Source: a virus (Duplodnaviria > Heunggongvirae > Uroviricota > Caudoviricetes > Straboviridae). From it: 46,702 bases of DNA. The position numbers and the translations under genes are program-made. Shown piece after piece: positions 36,186 through 44,788 of this stretch (position 1 is its first letter; each line of letters starts with the position of its first letter). Where the stretch lies: the IMG/VR virus record IMGVR_UViG_2974557979_000001; one strand, given 5' to 3'. The notes under the pieces are model-generated. The model was given only the letters and a program-made list of their open reading frames with translations. It was not told the origin of the DNA and did no database searches.

Positions 36186-36729
36186 AAAATGGGACGACGA
36201 ATTTCAAGCCGAGATTCGTCGTCGGTTTTACCATGTAGGCGGGATTTTGTATCATAAAACAGAGAGTAGACCAACGGTGTCTGTTCCTGCTGGTTACTAT
36301 TTTAAACCCGGTGATGTGGTAAAATTCAATAAAACGAGAAAAAAGAATCCGTACTTACAGATTTGTATGAGGTATGAAGGGAAATCTAACTATCTGTACG
36401 TGCATAGAGTTGTCTGGTTTTTAGAATACGGGTATCAAGTTGATCTTATTGACCATATTGATATGAATCCATTCAATAACGATCCTTCTAACCTACGAGA
36501 AGCCACGACGCAACAAAATCACTACAATAAAAAAGGAAAATCTAACACATCCTCAATATATAAAGGTGTATCATGGGATAAACCAACTTGTAAATGGAAA
36601 GTTGGTATACAATACAATAGGAAAAAGATCCATTTAGGATATTTTGACGATGAAATAGAAGCTGCAAAGGCATATGATGCTAAAGCTATAGAAATCAGCG
36701 GAAAATACGCGAGGTTGAACTTTTCATGA
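36175..36729 (+). mobile_element. free-standing HNH homing endonuclease with C-terminal AP2 domain
   Basis: HRVVW...IDHIDMNPFNNDPSNLREAT..QN (HNH); YKGVSW...WKVGIQ...IHLGYFDDEIEAAKAYD (AP2); AT-richer than its flanks; overlaps the end of 46. Confidence 0.9.
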
Positions 36730-36923
36730 ATATGTTAGAAAAATCTTTTGAATTAGAAACCGCTCTGGAAATAGAGCGGTTTTATCTCCACAACAATTTT
36801 CTTGAAGAAAAACATATAGTTACTATGAAAGATGTTGAGGAAGCATTCAAAGATAACCCTATAGAGTTGACGCGAATCAAGAACAACAAAAGTTCTGTTT
36901 GGTTCCTCGAAAAAATCTATTGA
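36726..36923 (+). CDS. small protein, probable gp45.2 homologue
   Basis: 65 aa at the position following 46; weak resemblance to recalled T4 45.2. Confidence 0.55.
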   Translation: MNMLEKSFELETALEIERFYLHNNFLEEKHIVTMKDVEEAFKDNPIELTRIKNNKSSVWFLEKIY

Positions 36924-36980
36924 CCGAAATCCATAAATACAGTAAAGTAGCCCATGTAACGAAACGTGGGCTTTGTTTTT
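36920..36980 (+). promoter_or_regulatory. promoter with terminator hairpin overlapping +1
   Basis: TTGACC(36920-25)-17 bp-TAAAGT(36943-48); then a 9-bp stem 36949-57/36964-72 and TTGTTTTT. Confidence 0.7.
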
Positions 36981-36996
36981 ATTTGAGGAACAATAA

Positions 36997-38706
36997 ATGA
37001 TCACTGAATCCAAAATGACTTATCAGGAAGCACTGAAAGTTTTGGGCGCAACTGGTAGCGAAACCAGCGCCGAAATGTCCAGACTCTTCAAACGCGCATC
37101 CTTACGCAATCACCCCGACCGTGGTGGTAGCAATGAATTAATGCAGAAAATTAACCAGGCTTACGACGTAGTTACAAAAACTGGGCCTAGTGGCGCACGT
37201 TCTGAGACTGCTGGTGATGTTCGCGCACGTTATGCACGTCAAAAGAAAGAATGGGAAGAAAAAGTTGATGCTTACTTTGTAGTGGCGAAAAACTATTTCA
37301 GCACCAAATTTAACGCACAGGAATTTGCGGAATACTTCACCAAATACACTGGATTGCCTACCACTTTCAAACAGGAAGTAACAAAAGGTAGTCACGGTGT
37401 TTATGCTTCGTTCCGTTTCACTTCTGGTGATGCTTACTTTGATTTCGGTTTCAACTGCACCCCTCCGAATGGACAAGGGTTAGCCGCTCCGGATTCATCT
37501 GCACTGGGTAACGTTTCTGTTAGTACCTTTGTACTGGTTGGAACTAAAAAACATAAAATGGCAAGCCGTGATTATCAATGGGGCAAAAACCCAGATAAGA
37601 TCACTCCGGAAAGCCTGTTCCCGTCTAAAAAACTGGAAAGCATTTTCAGTCCTGTACAGAAAAATATCAAATACAAACGTGCTGATTACCTTGCATCATT
37701 CCGTAAGCTGTTAGGCGCTGACATTAGCGGAAACGATATCTTTGTTGAAGTTGGTACACTGAAAGTTCGTTTCTATCGTCATGTAATGATGCGTAAAGGT
37801 GCGTATGTGTTTAGCGCGGTGTATGATCCTGCTGTATCTAAGTATCGTCCGGCTGCACAACTTCGCGGAACTATGTTAGAAGACGAGGACGGCGCTTGCC
37901 TGGATATGATCGTTGATACGTTCAAAGAGTTGCAGAAACTGAAACCGAGTGTTCAAGGCGTTGTGAACGCGATCGATAAGATGAACGCAGAGTTTGCAGC
38001 GGGACATCGTTCAGCATCTTTTGTTAAACGTGTAGCTGCTCAGGAAGCCGCGCCGAAGCCAGAAGAGAAGCCAAAACGCACTGTTAATCGTATCGGTAAA
38101 GAGGAATACTTCGCAGCACTAAAAGATATTGGTGCTCGTGTAATGCCTACCAGCGGTTATGTTGAATTTGATAACGGCGCTGGTGTTACTATCAACTTCA
38201 AGCGTATTGTTGTAAACCGTAAAGCATACTACTCATTCAGTAGCTTTGATTTCATGTACTCTGGTCAGAAACACATTGAGTGGCTGAAAGGAATCGATAT
38301 CGCAGAAGATACCAAAGGCGCAAGCATTAGCCTACTCACTGATACTCTGAAATCTTTACGTGGGATCTCTGACTGGAACACTGTTAAGAGCGCTTTAGAT
38401 CAAATGAATTCTAACTTCAAGGCGGGTAAATTCTCCGCACCTCATGTGAAGAAGGAAGCAGAGCAAAAAGCACCTAAACAGAAAGACGAAATCGGCGCAC
38501 AGCCTACCAAACCACAGGCGGCTAAGAAAGATACACCGGAAGTGGAAAAATCACAGGCTGTTCATGCAGCACGTGAGAAAGCGAATATGAACAACACTAT
38601 TCGTAAAATGATGACTATGTTAGTCAAAGCACAGCGCAAAGACACTCCGGAAGATATCAAGAAGGAAGTTGATGCAGCAATTCAATTGTGGCGCTTGACT
38701 TACTAA
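36997..38706 (+). CDS. J-domain (DnaJ-like) protein, Rki-like, with a duplicated C-terminal domain
   Basis: ALKVLG...KRASLRNHPDRGG...MQKINQAYD is a J-domain (HPD at nt 37111-37119); internal repeat at about aa 225-355 and 365-495. Confidence 0.88.
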   Translation: MITESKMTYQEALKVLGATGSETSAEMSRLFKRASLRNHPDRGGSNELMQKINQAYDVVTKTGPSGARSETAGDVRARYARQKKEWEEKVDAYFVVAKNYFSTKFNAQEFAEYFTKYTGLPTTFKQEVTKGSHGVYASFRFTSGDAYFDFGFNCTPPNGQGLAAPDSSALGNVSVSTFVLVGTKKHKMASRDYQWGKNPDKITPESLFPSKKLESIFSPVQKNIKYKRADYLASFRKLLGADISGNDIFVEVGTLKVRFYRHVMMRKGAYVFSAVYDPAVSKYRPAAQLRGTMLEDEDGACLDMIVDTFKELQKLKPSVQGVVNAIDKMNAEFAAGHRSASFVKRVAAQEAAPKPEEKPKRTVNRIGKEEYFAALKDIGARVMPTSGYVEFDNGAGVTINFKRIVVNRKAYYSFSSFDFMYSGQKHIEWLKGIDIAEDTKGASISLLTDTLKSLRGISDWNTVKSALDQMNSNFKAGKFSAPHVKKEAEQKAPKQKDEIGAQPTKPQAAKKDTPEVEKSQAVHAAREKANMNNTIRKMMTMLVKAQRKDTPEDIKKEVDAAIQLWRLTY

Positions 38707-38749
38707 TCAAATGAACTATAATGGGAACTGTTAACGCAGTTCCCTTTTT
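38695..38749 (+). promoter_or_regulatory. promoter with terminator hairpin overlapping +1
   Basis: TTGACT(38695-700)-16 bp-TATAAT(38717-22); then GGGAACTG-TTAACG-CAGTTCCC-TTTTT. Confidence 0.78.
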
Positions 38750-38765
38750 ATTTGAGGAAAATATT

Positions 38766-39056
38766 ATGAGTTGTCCAACATGGTTACGTTTGGAAAATCT
38801 GAAAGAAGGTACACAAAAACGGATTTATATTAATCTTGGTTGGGTTCCTCCTACCGATTTTCAAATGGCTGAGATTTTAATCAATGCTGTTAAAGAAGTA
38901 AGCGACACTTACGAATGGGAAAGGCTCTATTTTCCTTTGATTGGTTTGTATATGACGCGAAATAAATTTGAAGAAATGAAACTTGCTGTTATTCGCGCTA
39001 CGATTATTAATTCCCAACAAAGATTTACTTTGAAAAATGCATGGAGTTCTGAATGA
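38766..39056 (+). CDS. hypothetical protein
   Basis: Start reassigned to ATG 38766 behind GAGGA; 96 aa. Confidence 0.75.
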   Translation: MSCPTWLRLENLKEGTQKRIYINLGWVPPTDFQMAEILINAVKEVSDTYEWERLYFPLIGLYMTRNKFEEMKLAVIRATIINSQQRFTLKNAWSSE

Positions 39057-39283
39057 TTATTCAAGTATCTGTACAGGGTGACACTCTGACTGTCACCGAA
39101 TCCATCAATACCGCTCTTGCTGTATGTCGTGACCATATCTCACAAAATCCTCCAGTGACTGAGATCCTGGAAATTGATGTTTGGGATCAGATTGGGATGA
39201 TCGACGCATCATATGGATTTACCCCGCGAGATGAAGAACTATCTCGTATCGAATCATGGCTGAATGAACAGGAAACGGAATGA
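39053..39283 (+). CDS. acidic hypothetical protein
   Basis: 76 aa, ATGA-coupled. Confidence 0.7.
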   Translation: MIIQVSVQGDTLTVTESINTALAVCRDHISQNPPVTEILEIDVWDQIGMIDASYGFTPRDEELSRIESWLNEQETE

Positions 39284-39537
39284 AACTCCCTAAGAACACA
39301 ACACTACTAACCCGCGAAAAACTTCACTCTGTTGATTGGTGTCCTCTGGATATCATGATTTTTGATATTGAATCTCGCGTGATCAATGCAAAATATCAGG
39401 GGTGTAGTATTTTCTCTGTTGAATTCGAGAAGATTCGCGGATATGATGAGAAGTACAAAGAAAAACTGAAAGTTATGATTGAAGCATTAGGCTATATTGT
39501 AACTGTTGAAGACAACAAAATGTGGATCGCAATATGA
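39280..39537 (+). CDS. hypothetical protein
   Basis: 85 aa, ATGA-coupled on both sides. Confidence 0.7.
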   Translation: MKLPKNTTLLTREKLHSVDWCPLDIMIFDIESRVINAKYQGCSIFSVEFEKIRGYDEKYKEKLKVMIEALGYIVTVEDNKMWIAI

Positions 39538-40112
39538 GTATAGTAAAAGCGGTGTTTGCGCTGGGGCATGATATCTACCACGATGATTTCGCTTTTGGAT
39601 ATCAGCAAGGCTTGCCGTGGGGCCACTGTAAAGAAGATTTACAGAACTTCAAAGAAGAAACCGCCGATAGCGTTCTGATTATGGGTGCAAATACGTTTAC
39701 CTCTCTTCCGGGTAAATTGCCTGGTAGAATTCATTGCGTTCTGTCTGGTTCCGGTAGTTTTTTGAAAACCAAAAAAGGCGAGGTTGCTGATTACGTGATC
39801 CACGGTGGCGGGTTGTCTGCTGCTATTGGTACAATGCAAGCAACACACCCAGATAAAAATGTGTGTGTCATTGGTGGTAAGGGGTTGCTTTTAGATTCAA
39901 TCAATAATAAAATGGTTGATGAAGTAGTTTTGACACACATTTACGGACATGATGTATATAATGCCCCCGCATTTAAACGCGATGTTTCGTTTACTGCTTC
40001 TGAATTGGGTGATGCATTGTTAAAATATGAATTTTCTGATTTCGAAACTCAGTACATCAAAGAACATGAACGCATTGAAAAAATCATAGTCGATCGATAT
40101 AAAAAGGTATAA
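39534..40112 (+). CDS. frd: dihydrofolate reductase
   Basis: GLPWG...DLQNFK...IMGANTFTSLPGKLPGR...VIGG; start set at ATG 39534 (ATGA coupling). Confidence 0.93.
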   Translation: MSIVKAVFALGHDIYHDDFAFGYQQGLPWGHCKEDLQNFKEETADSVLIMGANTFTSLPGKLPGRIHCVLSGSGSFLKTKKGEVADYVIHGGGLSAAIGTMQATHPDKNVCVIGGKGLLLDSINNKMVDEVVLTHIYGHDVYNAPAFKRDVSFTASELGDALLKYEFSDFETQYIKEHERIEKIIVDRYKKV

Positions 40113-40113
40113 A

Positions 40114-40989
40114 ATGAAACAGTATCTGGATATTATTAAACTTGTACTTGATAACGGTGTTGAATCAACCGATCGCACTGGTGTAGGTACTATTCGTATT
40201 TTCGGCGCACAAGCCCGATGGGATCTAAACAGAGGTTTCCCCGCAACTACCTGTAAAAAACTATTCTTCAAACCGTGCAAGCATGAATTGCAATGGTTCC
40301 TGTCCGGTTCAACCAACGTTGAAGAACTTCGCCGGATGACCTGGGGTGAAAATAGCGATAAGCGCACAATCTGGGATGATAACTATGAAAAACAAGCTAT
40401 TGATTTAGGATATGATTCTGGTTATCTGGGGCCAATCTACGGTCATCAATGGCGTTCGTTTGGTTCTCTTTATGGGGATGATGATAGTTATTATGGCGGT
40501 AGTGGTGTTGACCAGATAGCAAAAGTCATTGAACAACTGAAATCAACCCCAGACGATCGTGGGATCATCGTTTCGGCATGGAACCCCGTTGATCTTGATG
40601 ATATGGCATTGCGTCCGTGTCACTGTTTCTTTCAGTTCGTTGTAATCAACGGTAAACTGTCTCTACAGTGGTATCAGCGTTCAGTTGATGTCTTCTTAGG
40701 GTTGCCGTTCAATATCGCCTCCTATGCTCTCCTGACGCATATTATCGCTGATATTTGCGGGTACGAAGTGGGCGATCTGGTTTGGACTGGTGGTGATGTC
40801 CATATCTATAAAAATGCGGTTGAACAAGCAAAAGAACTTTTACAGCCTAACCGTTCACCAATGCCATTACCGATTCTAAAAATGCCGAAGGTAAATAGCT
40901 TACTTGATTTAGATCAAGAATTCTTTGACTCGATAACCTTAGAAGGGTATCATAATCACGGCTCTCTAAAAGCTGAAATGGCAGTATGA
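40114..40989 (+). CDS. td: thymidylate synthase (intronless)
   Basis: DRTGVGT, LGPIYGHQWR, ALRPCH, YQRSVDVFLGLPFNIASY, HIY. Confidence 0.97.
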   Translation: MKQYLDIIKLVLDNGVESTDRTGVGTIRIFGAQARWDLNRGFPATTCKKLFFKPCKHELQWFLSGSTNVEELRRMTWGENSDKRTIWDDNYEKQAIDLGYDSGYLGPIYGHQWRSFGSLYGDDDSYYGGSGVDQIAKVIEQLKSTPDDRGIIVSAWNPVDLDDMALRPCHCFFQFVVINGKLSLQWYQRSVDVFLGLPFNIASYALLTHIIADICGYEVGDLVWTGGDVHIYKNAVEQAKELLQPNRSPMPLPILKMPKVNSLLDLDQEFFDSITLEGYHNHGSLKAEMAV

Positions 40990-40994
40990 AAAAT

Positions 40995-41014
40995 GGGGCT
41001 TCGGCCCCTTTCTT
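40995..41014 (+). terminator. UUCG hairpin / terminator between td and nrdA
   Basis: GGGGC-TTCG-GCCCC followed by TTTCTT. Confidence 0.65.
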
Positions 41015-41028
41015 AACAAGGTAAGAGA

Positions 41029-43281
41029 ATGAATGACATTAAAGTAGTAGTAAAATCCTCTGGTGTACGCCAGCCGTTTGACAAAGAAAAAATATACAAA
41101 GTGCTCAAGTGGGCCTGTGATGGTCATAATATCGATGTTCGTGCATTCCTTGAAAATGTATTAGAACTGATCCGCGATGGTATGACTACCAAACAAATTC
41201 AACGTATCGCTATCAAGTATGCAGCAGATCATATTTCTGTTAAAGAACCGGATTGGCAATACGTAGCATCGAATCTTGAAATGTTTGCATTGCGTAAAGA
41301 CGTTTACGGTCAGTTCGATCCTATCCCGTTCTACGATCACATCGTTAAAATGGTTGAAGCGGGGAAATACGATAAAGAGATCCTGGAAAAATACAGCAAG
41401 CAAGATATTCAAGTTTTCGAACGTGCAATTGATCATGATAAGGATTTTGAATTTTCGTATGCTGGTTCCCAACAGTTAATCGGGAAATATCTGGTTCAGG
41501 ATCGCGATACTGGCGAAATCTTTGAAACCCCTCAGTATGCGTTTATGCTTATTGCGATGTGTCTGCATCAGGAAGAAACTGGGTTAGCACAGGTTACGCA
41601 TATCGTTGATTTTTATAACGCAATTTCCGATCGCAAACTGTCTCTACCGACTCCAATTATGGCGGGTGTACGTACTCCTACGCGCCAGTTCTCCAGTTGT
41701 GTAGTAATTGAATCGGGTGATTCTCTTGGTTCTCTTAACGCTGTAACCTCTGCGATCGTGAAGTATATTTCACAACGTGCTGGTATTGGGGTTAACGCGG
41801 GACATATTCGCGCAATGGGTTCTAAAATCCGTGGTGGTGAAGCTGTTCATACTGGTGTGATTCCTTTCTGGAAACATATTCAAACCGCTGTTAAATCCTG
41901 TTCACAGGGTGGCGTTCGTGGTGGTGCTGCAACACTGTATTATCCTTTCTGGCATCTGGAAGTTGAAAACCTTCTGGTGTTGAAGAACAACAAAGGCGTA
42001 GAAGAAAACCGCGTTCGTCATCTTGATTATGGTGTACAGCTTAACCAGTTGATGTATAAACGCTTAATGAATCGTGATTACATTACGCTGTTTAGTCCGG
42101 ATGTTGCTAACGATCGTCTGTATGATCTGTTCTATGAAGCTGATCAGACTGCATTTGAAGAACTGTATGAAAGCCTGGAAAAAGATCCAACTGTTCGTAA
42201 GAAACGCATCAAAGCGGTTGACCTGTTCCAACTTTTAGCACAGGAACGCGCACAGACAGGACGCAAATACATTTTCAACACTCATCACGTCAACCAACAG
42301 GGTAGTTTTACGGTTCCTGTCCGTATGTCTAACCTGTGTTGTGAGATTGCGATCCCAACGTCGCCGCTGGATGACGATGATAAAATGGCTGGTGAAATCG
42401 GATTGTGTACGCTAATGGCTATCGTTCTGGATAACGCTGATATCAGCGAATTCCCGAAACTCACGCGTATTGCAGTACGTGCGCTTGATAACCTGTTGGA
42501 TTACCAGAACTACCCTGTAAAAGCCGCTCTGAAAGCTAAACAGCGCCGTTCTCTGGGTGTTGGTATCACCAACTATGCATCATGGTTAGCGAGCAACTAT
42601 TGCGACTACTCAGAAGCGTATACAGACAAAGTTCATGAGTTAATGGAAGCGTTTCAGTTTAACCTTCTCGTTGCTTCTATGGAACTGGCGAAAGAACGTG
42701 GTGCATGTGGATTGTACAACGATACCAAATACGCTCGCGGGTTACTGCCTATCGATTGGTATTGCAAAACCGTTGATGAACTGGTAGCACCTGTTTATAA
42801 TTGCGATTGGGAATGGTTACGTAGTCAGATTAAGAAATACGGCTTGCGCAACTCTACTCTTTCTGCTTTAATGCCTTGTGAAAGTAGTTCACAGGTTAGT
42901 AACTCTACCAACGGGATCGAACCTCCGCGCGGTTTAGTGAGTATCAAATCTTCGAAAGAAGGACACTATAACCAGGTTGTGCCTAACCAGAATAACCAGA
43001 TTGATTTCTATGATCTGCTCTGGGATATGGCTAAACGCGGTAACAAAGGGTATCTGTCTCATGTAGCAGTTATGCAGAAGTTTGTCGATCAGTCTATTTC
43101 TGCAAACACCAACTATGACCCGGCAAACTATGAAGACGGGAAAGTTAAAACAGAAGACATTATTGATGATCTGCTGTATGCTAACTACTACGGTGTTAAA
43201 ACTCTATACTATCATAATACGCGTGATGGTGCTGGTGATGAAGAAGAAGCCGCAGAAGATTGCGCGGGTTGTAAGATTTGA
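41029..43281 (+). CDS. nrdA: class Ia ribonucleotide reductase alpha subunit
   Basis: ATP-cone start, PTPIMAG, FSSCV, QGGVRGG, SNLCCEI, PCESSSQ, TLYY, C-terminal CAGC. Confidence 0.97.
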   Translation: MNDIKVVVKSSGVRQPFDKEKIYKVLKWACDGHNIDVRAFLENVLELIRDGMTTKQIQRIAIKYAADHISVKEPDWQYVASNLEMFALRKDVYGQFDPIPFYDHIVKMVEAGKYDKEILEKYSKQDIQVFERAIDHDKDFEFSYAGSQQLIGKYLVQDRDTGEIFETPQYAFMLIAMCLHQEETGLAQVTHIVDFYNAISDRKLSLPTPIMAGVRTPTRQFSSCVVIESGDSLGSLNAVTSAIVKYISQRAGIGVNAGHIRAMGSKIRGGEAVHTGVIPFWKHIQTAVKSCSQGGVRGGAATLYYPFWHLEVENLLVLKNNKGVEENRVRHLDYGVQLNQLMYKRLMNRDYITLFSPDVANDRLYDLFYEADQTAFEELYESLEKDPTVRKKRIKAVDLFQLLAQERAQTGRKYIFNTHHVNQQGSFTVPVRMSNLCCEIAIPTSPLDDDDKMAGEIGLCTLMAIVLDNADISEFPKLTRIAVRALDNLLDYQNYPVKAALKAKQRRSLGVGITNYASWLASNYCDYSEAYTDKVHELMEAFQFNLLVASMELAKERGACGLYNDTKYARGLLPIDWYCKTVDELVAPVYNCDWEWLRSQIKKYGLRNSTLSALMPCESSSQVSNSTNGIEPPRGLVSIKSSKEGHYNQVVPNQNNQIDFYDLLWDMAKRGNKGYLSHVAVMQKFVDQSISANTNYDPANYEDGKVKTEDIIDDLLYANYYGVKTLYYHNTRDGAGDEEEAAEDCAGCKI

Positions 43282-43286
43282 TTAAT

Positions 43287-43305
43287 GCCCCTTCGGGGGC
43301 TTTTT
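43287..43305 (+). terminator. intrinsic terminator / attenuator between nrdA and nrdB
   Basis: GCCCC-TTCG-GGGGC followed by TTTTT. Confidence 0.7.
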
Positions 43306-43317
43306 AAAGGTAAAGAC

Positions 43318-44493
43318 ATGTTAACAGTAATGAATACAAACCCAGATCATAACCACTTAGAACAACCTATGTTTTTTGGTGAAGATACTGGTGTTGCACG
43401 TTATGAATCGCAGAAACACAAAGTTTTCGAAAGCCTGACGCAAAAACAGCTTTCTTTCTTCTGGCGTCCGGAAGAAGTCGATCTGTCTACTGACCGTATG
43501 CAGTATGCAAAACTTCCTGAACATGAAAAAATCATTTTCGATTCTAACCTACAGTATCAAACCCTGTTAGATACTATTCAGGGACGTGGGCCTAACCTCG
43601 CATTTTTGCCAATTGCATCCGATGTGAGCATGGAAACCTGGATCGAAACGTGGGCGTTTAGTGAAACCATCCACAGCCGTAGTTACACGCATATTCAACG
43701 TAACTTGCACATTGATCCTTCTGTACAGTTCGACCAAATCCTTCGCAATGAAGCGATTATGAAACGTTCCGCATCAATGACACGGTATTATGATACTCTG
43801 ATTGATGAATGTCATAAGCTGAAAACTATCATGATGCTACAGGAACAGGTTAGCGGCTATAAACCAAATGATCCGGCTGTCGTGTATTATAACGAGCAAT
43901 ACACTAAACAGGCCACTAAGTGCAAAGAAGCACTGTACCTTTGTATGCACGCTGTGAACGCTCTGGAAGCGATCCGTTTCTATGTGTCGTTTAGTTTCAC
44001 CTTTAATTTTGCTGAACAAGGCAAAATGGAAGGCAACGCGAAAATTATGCGCCTGATTGCGCGTGATGAAGCATTGCATCAGAAAGGTACTCAGAGTAAA
44101 ATCCGTTTGTGGCAAATGGGTAAAGATGATCCAGAAATGGTTGAAATCTCCCGTAGGCTGAAAAAAGAAGCAACGGCTATCTTCCTGGAAGTATATGAAC
44201 AGGAAAAAGAATGGGCTGAACATTTATTCTCTGTTGGTGATGTAGAAGGTGTATCGCTGAAAAGCACTATCGCTTATATTGAACACCTTACAGATCAGCG
44301 TATGCGAGCGGTAGGGCTTGATTCGCCATTCACCCCGATCCCTAACCCGTATCCGTGGATGAATAAATGGCTCAAAAGTGATAACGTACAGGTTGCCCCG
44401 CAAGAGGTTGAAGTAAGTTCTTACCTCGTCGGAAACTTGAATACTGAAATCAGTGATGAAGCGTATGCAAAATGGGCCAGCAAATACGCGTGA
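43318..44493 (+). CDS. nrdB: class Ia ribonucleotide reductase beta subunit (intronless)
   Basis: FFWRPEE, QTLLD, ETIHSRSY (radical Tyr), EAIRFYVSF, RDEALH, PQEVEVSSY; start set at ATG 43318. Confidence 0.96.
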   Translation: MLTVMNTNPDHNHLEQPMFFGEDTGVARYESQKHKVFESLTQKQLSFFWRPEEVDLSTDRMQYAKLPEHEKIIFDSNLQYQTLLDTIQGRGPNLAFLPIASDVSMETWIETWAFSETIHSRSYTHIQRNLHIDPSVQFDQILRNEAIMKRSASMTRYYDTLIDECHKLKTIMMLQEQVSGYKPNDPAVVYYNEQYTKQATKCKEALYLCMHAVNALEAIRFYVSFSFTFNFAEQGKMEGNAKIMRLIARDEALHQKGTQSKIRLWQMGKDDPEMVEISRRLKKEATAIFLEVYEQEKEWAEHLFSVGDVEGVSLKSTIAYIEHLTDQRMRAVGLDSPFTPIPNPYPWMNKWLKSDNVQVAPQEVEVSSYLVGNLNTEISDEAYAKWASKYA

Positions 44494-44785
44494 TTGTCGG
44501 GTAGTAAACAAGTACAAAACTGATTGGGATGTCGATATTCAAAGAGGTACGAAGTTCGGCAACCCTTATCACACAGGAACCAGGGGAGAAAACATTTTAG
44601 CGTTTATCCCCTGGTTCCAGAACCAGGTTCGTACTGGGGCGATCACGATTGAAGAATTGAAAGAACTTGATGGAAAGAGGCTTGGTTGTACCTGTGCGCC
44701 TCTTCCCTGTCACGGTGATTACATCGCGCATGTGGTTAATGTTTTGTGTGGTAAGAAAAGATCACTTGACTTTTTGGATATATAA
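44453..44785 (+). CDS. DUF4326-like protein
   Basis: RGTKFGNPY...LKELDGKRLGCTCAPLPCHGD. The start is uncertain because all in-frame starts (44453, 44456, 44465) overlap the nrdB 3' end. Confidence 0.75.
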   Translation: MMKRMQNGPANTRDCRVVNKYKTDWDVDIQRGTKFGNPYHTGTRGENILAFIPWFQNQVRTGAITIEELKELDGKRLGCTCAPLPCHGDYIAHVVNVLCGKKRSLDFLDI

Positions 44786-44788
44786 TGT

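Noticed and set aside
40114-44493. Possible group I introns in td or nrdB, and a gene 60-type translational bypass in the topoisomerase
   Set aside because: td, nrdB and 39+60 are continuous reading frames of normal length.
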